Shown here: in pieces, positions 1-9,129 of the stretch
How the letters are laid out: each line of letters starts with the position of its first letter
Position numbering within the stretch: the stretch's first letter is position 1
IMG/VR virus record: IMGVR_UViG_3300017700_000931
Location: 256,001-320,000 of that record
Length of the DNA: 64,000 bases
Source: a virus
Lineage: Duplodnaviria; Caudoviricetes
Direction: 5' to 3' (one strand)
The notes under the pieces: model-generated
The model's input: the letters and a program-made list of their open reading frames with translations, nothing else
The model's database searches: none
What the model was told of the DNA's origin: nothing
Position numbers and translations under genes: made by a program

Positions 1-66
1 TTGGTTAATACTTTGAATAAATAATATCAGGAAACAAATATAAGTATAATATTTTAATCTACCAAA

Positions 67-420
67 TTAAAATTCAAGTTTTATTTTAGTTATTAATTGG
101 TTATCGTACATTTGTTCTTTACCCTCAGTATATTCGTATGCTTGTATAATGTATGACAACCAACTTTGTTTGTCATCAAATTCTGAGCGGTTTTCATAAT
201 CAAAATGAACATCAATAATAGTTCCATCCAATAATGTAACACTCGTCCATTCATCAGAATCATTAAAAACTATTGTTTGTTTACATTTAATGCTAGACTT
301 TGAATCTTTTTGGAATGTCTCCCAACTTTTATCTTCAAAATCCAAAACAAGTTCAGTACCTTTTTTTAATGTGTATTCTAATACAACACTTCTAAATCCT
401 AAATTTAATATCGCTTTCAT
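67..420 (-). CDS. hypothetical protein (start corrected to ATG 420)
   Basis: ORF with leader motif directly upstream of MKAILNLG. Confidence 0.8.
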   Translation of the reverse strand: MKAILNLGFRSVVLEYTLKKGTELVLDFEDKSWETFQKDSKSSIKCKQTIVFNDSDEWTSVTLLDGTIIDVHFDYENRSEFDDKQSWLSYIIQAYEYTEGKEQMYDNQLITKIKLEF

Positions 421-469
421 GGTTATCCGGTTAAATTGGTTATTTGATAAAGGGCATAAAGCCCTTTGG

Positions 470-640
470 TTAACCACCCATATCCTCTGAAACCTCAGAC
501 ATCAATGTGCCGTCTTCAAATTCTTTGCCTTCTGCAAGGGCTTCAATTTCCTCACCCTCAATAGAACGAGTAACGGCTCTTAATGCTGACAAAATTTGTT
601 CCTTTGTTCCTGAACCAGTAATTTTAATTTGTAATTGCAT
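470..640 (-). CDS. hypothetical acidic 56-aa protein (not in ORF track)
   Basis: MQLQIKITGSGTKEQILSALRAV...; directly behind promoter 666-697, stop abuts hairpin 449-467. Confidence 0.75.
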   Translation of the reverse strand: MQLQIKITGSGTKEQILSALRAVTRSIEGEEIEALAEGKEFEDGTLMSEVSEDMGG

Positions 641-823
641 ATCGTTTGTTTTAGTTTGACTGATACAAATATAATACTATATTTTCAATTGACCAAATTA
701 TTTTGAACTTATTTTATGAATTAATTTCACAACAATTGGTTGAACATAAGAAAGTGTTATAATCATTCCGCTCACAATTAAAATAAAGTACATAGGTTGA
801 GTTTTTGATAAGGGTTTTACCCC

Positions 824-1622
824 TTATTCTTCTTCCTCAACATCAATAATATCGGAGGCAGAAATATCTGAAATGAAAATCTTTGGTTCTGCTTCCAGTT
901 CACTAGCACCAACAATATTATTCATTACCTCTAAGGTGTCCTGAACCTCTGTCAAATCATTCCCACCCTCTTTAATTAACAATTGAATTTGTACGGTTAC
1001 TGTAATTGCTTTCATATCTGGTTACTTTTATTAGTTTGATAAAGGGGTTTCCCCCTTTATTTAGTTAGTCGTATAAGCAATTGAAACAACAATATATTCT
1101 TCATCGACTGTATGTGTGTTAACCTCAACCGCAACATAGAAATCACTCTCAGTTTGGGCTTCAACACATTCGTGAATAATATCAATTGGTTGGTCATAAG
1201 TTTCAAGTGTTTCTTCAATCACTCGTTCTGCTTCTGAAACGAAACCTTTTTCTAAGGTATCCTCTCTATACTGTTCTACATTTTCTGTGAAGTCAGCATC
1301 AAAGAATAATTCTAAGAGGCTTTCTTTTGTAAGTTTACCATCTTCACCGAATCGAACAATTACTAATTTTGAATTTAATGTTACTTGCATATCTGGTTAC
1401 TTTTTAGTTTGATATTGGGGGCAATTGCCCCCAAATTTAAATACTTTCTTCAAAATTATGGTCAATAGCTTGGTCAACAATACCAGAGTCAACAACTTTA
1501 ACGCCATCAGTATTGGTTGTAATTGTACAATCAAGTTCTTCAGCAATTTTTCTCAATTGTTTTGGGGTTACTGGTTTGTCAAGTTCAACTCGTACATTTA
1601 AATAAAAAACATTCACTTTCAT
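824..1622 (-). CDS. three small acidic hypothetical proteins (824-1015, 1061-1390, 1437-1622)
   Basis: Each ATG preceded by the GTAACCAGAT-type leader; each stop abuts a hairpin. Confidence 0.8.
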
Positions 1623-1658
1623 ATCTGGTTACATTTTTAGTTTGATAAAAGAGGGGAA

Positions 1659-1778
1659 TTAATTCCACCCCTTTTTGTGCTTATCCTTTCGGTTATAAGC
1701 CTTTTTGTTTTTTTGCACCATTGGGCGTACCGCTTGGTGAATTTCGTGTTGGGTGAGTTGAATTGTTTGCAGTTTCAT
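1659..1778 (-). CDS. 39-aa basic peptide, ArfA-like (not in ORF track)
   Basis: Hand-translated MKLQTIQLTQHEIHQAVRPMVQKNKKAYNRKDKHKKGWN; own promoter 1804-1835; R-x-x-V-x-KNKK...Y-x-RK-x-KH resembles ArfA. Confidence 0.6.
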   Translation of the reverse strand: MKLQTIQLTQHEIHQAVRPMVQKNKKAYNRKDKHKKGWN

Positions 1779-1846
1779 AATTGGTTATTTTAGTTTGACA
1801 TGACAAATATAATACAATATTTCTTATCCACCAAACTTTTTTGCAA

Positions 1847-2179
1847 TTATTTTTTACTTAAATCGTAAGGCACTGCATCCAAGCCATATTCACAGGTATA
1901 TCCAATGGCTTCCAATTTCTCCACTAAGGTAGCACAAGCCTCATAAGTCATCGTATCAGTTGAGTACTTGTCTAATACTGCTTTAACCTCGTCCGGCAAG
2001 TTGTCGTAATCCTCAAATAAATCGGTACTTTGGTTAAATAACTCCAACCATTGTTTGGTTGTATATAAACCATATTTATTTCTACATTCGTCAATACTTA
2101 GATTGAATCTAATTGACGCAATATTCAAATATTTTCTGTAGGTTGAAATTGCTGGTAATTTGTCCTCTATTTGGTTCAT
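1847..2179 (-). CDS. hypothetical protein
   Basis: 110-aa ORF with leader motif. Confidence 0.8.
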   Translation of the reverse strand: MNQIEDKLPAISTYRKYLNIASIRFNLSIDECRNKYGLYTTKQWLELFNQSTDLFEDYDNLPDEVKAVLDKYSTDTMTYEACATLVEKLEAIGYTCEYGLDAVPYDLSKK

Positions 2180-2222
2180 ACTGGTTACATTTATTAGTTT
2201 GATAAGGGGTTAACCCCCTTGC

Positions 2223-2435
2223 TTATAATCTCTCAATTATAAGCATTGACTTTTTGAATTCATGGTTACACCCATCACATGCCATACTGAAATAAATTTC
2301 ATTATCGTGACCCAATAATTTGTATGCTTTTTTTAAATCTGGGTCAGCCTCCTGAATTTGGTTTTTACTGGAATGTGCCAATGGTTCGTTGTCGGTTGTA
2401 CGCACCATGAAAGAATTGCATTTTGGACAGTTCAT
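2223..2435 (-). CDS. zinc-ribbon protein (start corrected to 2435)
   Basis: CPKC ... CDGC pairs. Confidence 0.7.
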   Translation of the reverse strand: MNCPKCNSFMVRTTDNEPLAHSSKNQIQEADPDLKKAYKLLGHDNEIYFSMACDGCNHEFKKSMLIIERL

Positions 2436-2482
2436 AAAGTTGTTTATTAGTTTGATATTTGTGGGGCAATTGCCCCACAAAT

Positions 2483-2767
2483 TTAATAAACACAAATTTC
2501 CTCCATCTTAATATCCTCATAGAAATCTGAATCCTCAGCCTCAATTAAAACGTGTGCTGACAATACAACGGTTGTGCTTAATTGAAGACTTTCAACTGTA
2601 ACAATTTTCACCGGACAAGAATAATGTTCTTTCAATGCCAAAACTAGTTTTGGCTCAACAATTTCTCTTAGGTTAATTTTTTTAGTATCGTTGACTTCAC
2701 CTAAGTCAATAACACCAACATTTTTTTGACCTTCAATCGCAATGTTTACAAAGATTCTTCTTTTCAT
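2483..2767 (-). CDS. hypothetical protein (start corrected to 2767)
   Basis: The track N-terminus MYYIC is the translated promoter; real ATG follows the leader. Confidence 0.8.
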   Translation of the reverse strand: MKRRIFVNIAIEGQKNVGVIDLGEVNDTKKINLREIVEPKLVLALKEHYSCPVKIVTVESLQLSTTVVLSAHVLIEAEDSDFYEDIKMEEICVY

Positions 2768-2840
2768 AATGGTTACGTTTATTAGTTTGACAATACAAAT
2801 ATAATACAATATTTGATATAAACCAAATTATTTGTAATTA
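2761..2840. repeat. 80-bp exact direct repeat, copy 1 (copy 2 at 8182-8261)
   Basis: Base-by-base identity over leader, promoter and first codons. Confidence 0.9.
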
Positions 2841-2870
2841 ATTTTGATAAAGGGGTTTCCCCCTTTGTGG

Positions 2871-3380
2871 TTATCTGTAATACTCCCTTACAGTATAATC
2901 AATGGTTTGCTTGAACGCATCCAATTCCTTTTGCATCTCGTTTAGCTTAGCCAGTTTTTTCAATTCAGCATCCAAATCAATGGTTTTATCCAAATCGTAC
3001 TCAGTGACTAGTTTATCGTAATCCTCGACGCTAATCAATAAGCCGTCTTTAATTTGACCAATTGCAATTCTTCGCTCAAAGTATTCTGTATATGCAGTGC
3101 TTGGACGAACGTCATAAGAACCACCGAATTTGCATATCTTGAAATTAATATACATACATCCATGAGCAAAGGTAATATACCCAACGGAACGCTCACCTTT
3201 TTCATCCTTTACAATAAGAGGTAATAACGAATCAGCACTTTTAACCAGTACGTTACTTGCTTTAACAATTTTTTTGCCTAGGAAAAATACTAAGGCGGGT
3301 AGAATTTGTTTTAGGGTTTCTTTAATTGCGGTATTCAATTCCTTGTTACCTTCAATCACAATGTTAATAGGTGTTTTCAT
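2871..3380 (-). CDS. hypothetical protein
   Basis: 169-aa ORF behind promoter 3415-3446. Confidence 0.85.
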   Translation of the reverse strand: MKTPINIVIEGNKELNTAIKETLKQILPALVFFLGKKIVKASNVLVKSADSLLPLIVKDEKGERSVGYITFAHGCMYINFKICKFGGSYDVRPSTAYTEYFERRIAIGQIKDGLLISVEDYDKLVTEYDLDKTIDLDAELKKLAKLNEMQKELDAFKQTIDYTVREYYR

Positions 3381-3469
3381 AATTTAGTGGTTTAGTTTAT
3401 TAGTTTGACTGGTACAAATATAATACTATATTTTTAATCTACCAAATAAAAAGTGAATTATTTTTAAAT

Positions 3470-3500
3470 AAAAAAACCCCATCCAGACCGGACAGGGTTT
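3470..3500 (-). terminator. intrinsic terminator
   Basis: AAACCC..GGGTTT stem followed by a U-run on the minus strand. Confidence 0.65.
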
Positions 3501-3537
3501 TCCTCGTGAAATTGTCGTCAAACTATAACCACGGAAA

Positions 3538-3732
3538 TTATTTTGTTTTGTTATGGTTGTCCATAACTTGTTTATACTCTTTCATCAGGTCGTCGTGCAT
3601 ACCCTCATTGAGCGGTTTTAACTTAGCAAAAAAGAATCCACAATTTGCCTCCGCAGGTGTTTTGCTACCAGACTTTATTGCTCTCATTCCGGCTCTAATT
3701 TTATCAATACTCATTTCCTCGGTTGTCTTCAT
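3538..3732 (-). CDS. hypothetical protein
   Basis: 64-aa ORF with variant promoter (TATATTTA). Confidence 0.75.
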   Translation of the reverse strand: MKTTEEMSIDKIRAGMRAIKSGSKTPAEANCGFFFAKLKPLNEGMHDDLMKEYKQVMDNHNKTK

Positions 3733-3780
3733 AGTGGTTTATTGGTTTGTTGATAAATATAAGACTATATAAATAAAGTT

Positions 3781-3813
3781 GGGTCCGTAACTGGGTAGGG
3801 TTGTTACGGACCC
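3781..3813 (-). terminator. hairpin / probable terminator
   Basis: GGGTCCGTAAC/GTTACGGACCC 11-bp stem downstream of 3836-3985. Confidence 0.7.
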
Positions 3814-3835
3814 TCTTTATTAGTCAAACTAAAAA

Positions 3836-3985
3836 CTACTTAAAGTATTTTGCGTAATATGGTCTACGTTTTTGTTTGTGCTTGTATTCCTTTACCAATT
3901 GTGGCAACACAATTCGTTTAGGTAATACGGCACTGAATTGAACAGGTGAAAATAATAACAAGAATGCGAAAATAATTGCTTTCAT
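3836..3985 (-). CDS. 49-aa protein with signal-peptide-like N-terminus and basic tail (not in ORF track)
   Basis: MKAIIFAFLLLFSPVQFSAVLPKR...KRRPYYAKYFK. Confidence 0.6.
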   Translation of the reverse strand: MKAIIFAFLLLFSPVQFSAVLPKRIVLPQLVKEYKHKQKRRPYYAKYFK

Positions 3986-4010
3986 AATAATTTGGTTTTT
4001 GTGGTTAATA

Positions 4011-5171
4011 TTAATTCATTGCAAGGTTGTAAGCCTTAGAAATCTTGGTGAGGTTTTCATTAATAATACGAATATCATTCTTAATATCATTAATGGTAAT
4101 ATCACCCGTACCTTTAAGCCCATCAAACATTTTGGTGGCTTCAATTAACATTCGGTTACCATGTCGTTTTGCGACCATTAAAGCGAATAAATCCATATCC
4201 ATCAAAAAATGTTCTGGGGTCTGGTTTGTCTCTTCCAGAAACAACTCAGTTAATTGGTTTGCCATATTGGTTAATTTAGTTTGACTGGATAAAGGTAAGA
4301 ACAACTTTTCAATATTCCAAATTATTCTTACCTTTTTTTATGCTTTTTTCAATTTCAGTCGTTGAATGTTATTTGTGTGCTTATCTTTGAAGCGTCTCCA
4401 ACCAAGACCAGACCAATAAGCATAACATTCAACAAAATCATCCTTTGCCTCATCTTTATAGGCTTGTGGGTCGAGTTCTTTTAACACCTCTCTGAATTCA
4501 TCAAACTCTGCTTTAGAAATTCCATCAGTATATTGAATTGGGTCTGTGTCAGTTGGGAGTGTCCCGAATGGGCATTCTTTGTCATCCTCAATGCTTTCAA
4601 CATTATCAGACAAATCATGGTCAAGTTGTGTTTGAAGTCCTTTTTTTGCTTTTGAAAGCGTTTCTTCTCTTGTCGCAGTTTCATCAACAATAACACGAGT
4701 TAAAAGAGTTACATGTACTAGTTTGGCTACTTTCATATTTGGTTACTTTTAGTTTGATAATGGTGGGGCGGTTAAGCCCCCACCAATTTACTCTTCTTCT
4801 TCAATAGCTTCTAACCCTGCATCCTCACCATGCACTCCAATAGCAAACCAAATTTGTTCCATTGTGGCTTCATTTTTTAAAGCGTTGTGTAGAACTTTTT
4901 GTGCCTCTTCATCAGTGCATTTGAATTTCGCTTTAACATCAGCAACACTCCAAAGGTTATCAGTATAGAATCCGGCTTTTCTCAATAGTTCTTTAGCCAA
5001 TTCAACATCACTTTTTACCACATCGAATTCAGTGTTTTTCACTTTAATCCAAATATCTTTTCTTGGGTGTTTAACACTCATCAAAGTGTCAGAAAATTCC
5101 AGTGGAAGCCCTTGTGGAAATACAACACCGAATTTTTTACTTACTTTTTGTTTTTTTAGAATAACTTTCAT
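4011..5171 (-). CDS. three hypothetical proteins (4011-4265, 4338-4736, 4788-5171)
   Basis: ORFs with leader motifs; starts corrected to the ATG after each leader. Confidence 0.8.
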
Positions 5172-5214
5172 AGTATGTGTTTTAGTTTGACGATACAAAT
5201 ATAATACTATATTT

Positions 5215-5694
5215 CTAATTAACCAAATTTTTTATAATCTTTTTTACACTTTTTTTTATTTGGGGAATTTGGTTACGTCGGAATCTAGGATTCCAGCCCG
5301 TTTCACATAAGGCAATAGATTCCATTGTCGACCAAGAAATATTGGTTATTGCAGTATATCCAGACCAACCACTGTTGGCTAAATCTTTATAGACTCCTTT
5401 AGAGTCCATATAGCAAGTGCCTAATTTAACGAAACAATGGGCTAAATACATACCCTCTGAATTGAATTCAGCTAATGTGGGTTTGTTGTTCGTTTCTAAT
5501 ATTTTATTGAATTTATCCTCAGTACAATTACGACCTAACCAAACAATTTCGGCTTTATATCCGGCTTTGCAAAGTTCCTTTGCTAGTAAATAAGCAACAA
5601 TACCACATCCACCTGCATTCAGGTTAAAATAATTTCCTTCAAGTTCATCAGGGAGTAGTACGTTAAGTTTGGTTAAGACTTTTTTGGTTACCAT
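5215..5694 (-). CDS. putative papain/transglutaminase-fold enzyme
   Basis: NAGGCGIVA ... AHCFV ... YMDSKG give a Cys-His-Asp order typical of this fold. Confidence 0.45.
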   Translation of the reverse strand: MVTKKVLTKLNVLLPDELEGNYFNLNAGGCGIVAYLLAKELCKAGYKAEIVWLGRNCTEDKFNKILETNNKPTLAEFNSEGMYLAHCFVKLGTCYMDSKGVYKDLANSGWSGYTAITNISWSTMESIALCETGWNPRFRRNQIPQIKKSVKKIIKNLVN

Positions 5695-5741
5695 ATTTGG
5701 TTAGGTTTTTGATAAATGGGGGTATTGCTACCCCCATTCTT

Positions 5742-6554
5742 TTATTTGAAACGTTTCAAAATGTCCTTAACGCTTTCGCTTTTCAGGGCAATGTACAACT
5801 CAATCAATTTGGTTGCTTCGTCGCTTTTGTCCTCACGTTTGTCAAGGGCTTCAACAACCTCTTTCAATTTTTGCATTGGGCTTTTTGCTGTCAAAGTAGC
5901 AACGTGTTTTGTTGTCGCTTTTTTCGGTGCTTTGCCAGTTTCAACTGCCGTTGCTTTTGCTGAATCAATTGCCTCGGTAACAATTTTCAATTGCTCATCA
6001 GCATTTTTTGTTTGCTTCACAATTTGAACAACTGTACCACCAGAAATCAAACCTTCAATTACGAAGTTTTTAATTTGTTTCCCAACGTTGGCAAGTGACA
6101 ACAAGTTGTAAATGTGTGGAACTGACTTCGCAATTTTTTGTGAAATCTCTTCTGGTTTGTAGTGCATTGCAACAAGGCGTTTAATTGCCTCAGCTTGCTC
6201 CACTTCATTCAGGGCTTTTTGCCCCGTACCAGTCACAATCATTGTGAAAATCTGGTCTTCCTCATTCCCTGTGTAAGGCGCAACCTCAACGTAAGGAATT
6301 GACTCACCTCTTTTCAAAAGAATCTGAATCGCTGCGAAACGTCTGTGACCGTCAACCAATTCGTAGGTATCTTCACCACGAGTTTTTTTAGCCTTCAATG
6401 GAACTTCCAGACCAATTGAGGCAATTGAATCTGCTAGGGCTTCCAAATCACCCATGTCAAGACGCACGTTGAATCCCTCACGTACCACAATGTTGCGTGG
6501 GTCAACAAGCATTGTATCTTTTCTTTTTGTAACTAATACTGCTCCTTTTTTCAT
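5742..6554 (-). CDS. parB: ParB/RepB/Spo0J family protein (ParB N-terminal domain + HTH)
   Basis: FNVR, LADSI..GL..PL, YELVDGHRR, LNEVEQAEAIKRL and the HTH EEISQKIAKSVPHIYNLLSL. Confidence 0.85.
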   Translation of the reverse strand: MKKGAVLVTKRKDTMLVDPRNIVVREGFNVRLDMGDLEALADSIASIGLEVPLKAKKTRGEDTYELVDGHRRFAAIQILLKRGESIPYVEVAPYTGNEEDQIFTMIVTGTGQKALNEVEQAEAIKRLVAMHYKPEEISQKIAKSVPHIYNLLSLANVGKQIKNFVIEGLISGGTVVQIVKQTKNADEQLKIVTEAIDSAKATAVETGKAPKKATTKHVATLTAKSPMQKLKEVVEALDKREDKSDEATKLIELYIALKSESVKDILKRFK

Positions 6555-6656
6555 AACTTTTTTGGTTTTTAATTAATAATGATGTGACAAATATAATAGG
6601 ATATTTTTAATTGACCAAATAATATTATAATTATTTTCGTCAAAGTTATTAACAAT

Positions 6657-8778
6657 TTAGAAATTCGTAGTGTTTTTGCCGGGTTCAGGAGCATTCTTTT
6701 TTATTACTAGGAACGCATTGCCGAAAATATTGCTAGTGAATCCAACAATAATATGTTCACCCTTTGGAGTGTCAACAACCAAATTTCCTTTTGGGTCAAT
6801 CGAAAGTTGTGAAAGTTCTTTGTTATGGTTCATAATAATATTATTTTGATAAAGGGCTTTAAAGCCCTTTGGTTAAGTGTGAATTACAAATCTGCTCTCT
6901 GACCCATAATACGAATATAATAACGGGTAAGTATTGCTAATCTCACTCAAATATCTCACTTCAATGTTAATGGTTGCACCATCCTTGCAAATTGCTTTAT
7001 ACTTGTTGTGCAAGTGTTCCAAGGCTAATTGAATTAAGTTTACATCGGTTTCCTTTAACACCGTATCAAATACAACTGGTTTCCCATCGGTTTTAACTTC
7101 AACACTTACTTTTAGAATATCGTTTTTCATAGTTGGTTACATTCATTGGTTTGATAAGGGGTATTAACCCCTATTATTATTATTTTACATTATATTCAAT
7201 AATTCTTAAACTTTTGAATGGCGCACCAGTAACCGACATACCACCACTCGAATTTGTTTTAAGAATTTCAAGGTGACAAGGAATAAAACCAGTTGACTTA
7301 CCTACAATAAATCTTCTCTTTTCTCCGTATTTGTCAACAACCTCAACTCTGTGACCTTCTTTACCAATTAATTCAGGTATTAACTGGGACTGACTTCTCC
7401 AACCAGTTTTATCATTTCTATCACTAGCAATTTTTACTAAATTAGTATAATTGGTGTATGCTTTTTTTGTACCTTTTTTCTTTGGAATTAAATCCTCCAT
7501 TCCAAGTTCTTTGGCTAAGGCAATGGTTCTATCCTGACATACATCAAAACCAAGGCAAGTGAATCCACTACCACAATTTAATACAAATAACTGTTGTTCT
7601 TTATTTATTGAATTTAACATATCTAATAGTTTTAGTTTGACAGGACAAATATAATACAATATTTGATATAAACCAAATTATTTGTATTCTTTTTTAAAAT
7701 AAGTTTTTAACTCAGCTAATGTGAATAACTTTTGGTATTGTGTACATTGTGTTCTATAACCCCCATCCACCGGAATGACGTTATCAGACTTTAACCATTT
7801 GTTGAATTCTTTCATAGGATAAAGGAGGTCTTTCGACCTCCCTTGTAACTTGGTAATGAATTTGTACATTCCATACCTAAGCCTTGTTTTTAATCTCAGT
7901 CCATTCACCGTTCCACTCTGTGCCGTTCAAATACCATGTACCTTGACGTTGGCTAATTCTTACGTTAGGTAGGCCGTTCAAACGCTCCTTAGTGGTGTTA
8001 CTTTTCCAACCTGCATTTGTAATGCTTAGTTTGGACTTTGTTAGACTGGTCAATTCTCTTTTTGCAATTACATTGCCATGCAATAAAAGTGTTGTAACTT
8101 TATCAGAAACTTCAACACTCATGTTCGCTTTTTTGAAAGGAGTCCCAGTCAAAAATGCCTCAATACTTTCTTCAGTAATTTTTTTCATAATGGTTACGTT
8201 TATTAGTTTGACAATACAAATATAATACAATATTTGATATAAACCAAATTATTTGTAATTATTTTTGATAAAGGGTTTTACCCCCTTACCATGCTTCCCC
8301 GTCACCAATAAATAATTTACCATTCTGGAAACTTGGCTCATATTCTTTATGGTCTGCAACCATATCACCAGTTTCATAGAATGTACTTAAATCAGCTAAT
8401 TCTAATTCGTGACAAACACAAACAACAAAGGTATCCCCACCATGTATAGGGTGTTCAACAAATTGAATTTTCTGACCTAATGAATTAACCATTTCACTGT
8501 AAACAGTTGGGTTCAATTCCATTAATTTTTTATAGTTTAACATGGTATAGAATTTAGTTTGACAATAGAATATTATTTTAACTACATTGACAAGTTCCAT
8601 AATCACAACAACAAGTACTACTATATACTTGACAAGTGTTACACCAATTCATTTCACCAGTGTGGCATAAGTGACATATTTTAGTATGGTCATGGCATGC
8701 CTCACATAAATCAGGGTTACCATCATGTGAATTATTAACAATTGTTAATTCAATATTACAGTCTTCGCAGTGATTCAT
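6657..8778 (-). CDS. run of small early hypothetical proteins (6657-6833, 6873-7130, 7180-7620, 7678-7869, 7877-8188, 8286-8543, 8578-8778)
   Basis: Starts corrected past promoter-derived MYYIC artefacts; 8578-8778 has 13 Cys and 6 His in 66 aa. Confidence 0.75.
8182..8261. repeat. 80-bp exact direct repeat, copy 2
   Basis: Identical to 2761-2840. Confidence 0.9.
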
Positions 8779-8891
8779 ATTGGTTTAGTTTGACGATACA
8801 AATATAATACTATATTTCTAATTGACCAAATAATATTATAATTATTTTCTTATTTATACTCATTCTAAATTAAAAAATAAATGCAAAAAAG

Positions 8892-8923
8892 TTTGGTGGA
8901 ACGAAATATTATGCTTACCTTTG
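8892..8923 (+). promoter_or_regulatory. plus-strand promoter with no downstream ORF
   Basis: TTTG 8892-8895, TACCTTTG 8916-8923, 20-nt spacer. Confidence 0.8.
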
Positions 8924-9000
8924 TCTTGTCGGTTGGAAACAGAGACAGGTCAGGTGCGACAATCCTGAGAGAGTAGACTCCGTCACGCCCTATAACCAAA
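8924..9000 (+). ncRNA. candidate small RNA, twin copy 1
   Basis: GC-rich island behind a promoter; shares GAGAC(A/G)GGTC and TGAGAGAGTAGACTCC with 10241-10312. Confidence 0.5.
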
Positions 9001-9080
9001 TCCACCCATTTTAAAAAAAGCTACAAAGGTAATACTTAATTTTGATATATCCTAATTATTTAACATTTACTTATTAACAC

Positions 9081-9111
9081 AAAAAAAGGGGTAGTTGTTG
9101 AAAACTACCCC
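9081..9111 (-). terminator. intrinsic terminator of the DUF932 gene
   Basis: GGGGTAGTT/AACTACCCC 9-bp stem then a 7-U run on the minus strand. Confidence 0.85.
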
Positions 9112-9129
9112 CTCAATAATTAGGAATTC

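Larger units (their letters stand above)
449..8288 (-). repeat. Dispersed intergenic GC-rich hairpin + (T)ATCAAA junction repeat (13 copies)
   Basis: Hairpins at 449-467, 809-826, 1039-1060, 1415-1434, ~1647-1675, ~2204-2220, 2457-2482, 2849-2866, 4761-4785, 5715-5738, 6851-6870, 7157-7172, 8270-8288; each lies at or just after a stop codon and is followed on the minus strand by ATCAAA. Confidence 0.9.

Noticed and set aside
8966-8981. 5S rRNA or riboswitch identity for the GAGAGTAG-containing twins
   Set aside because: Only the short loop-E-like string matches; the rest of the 5S or TPP/cobalamin architecture is absent and no ORF lies downstream
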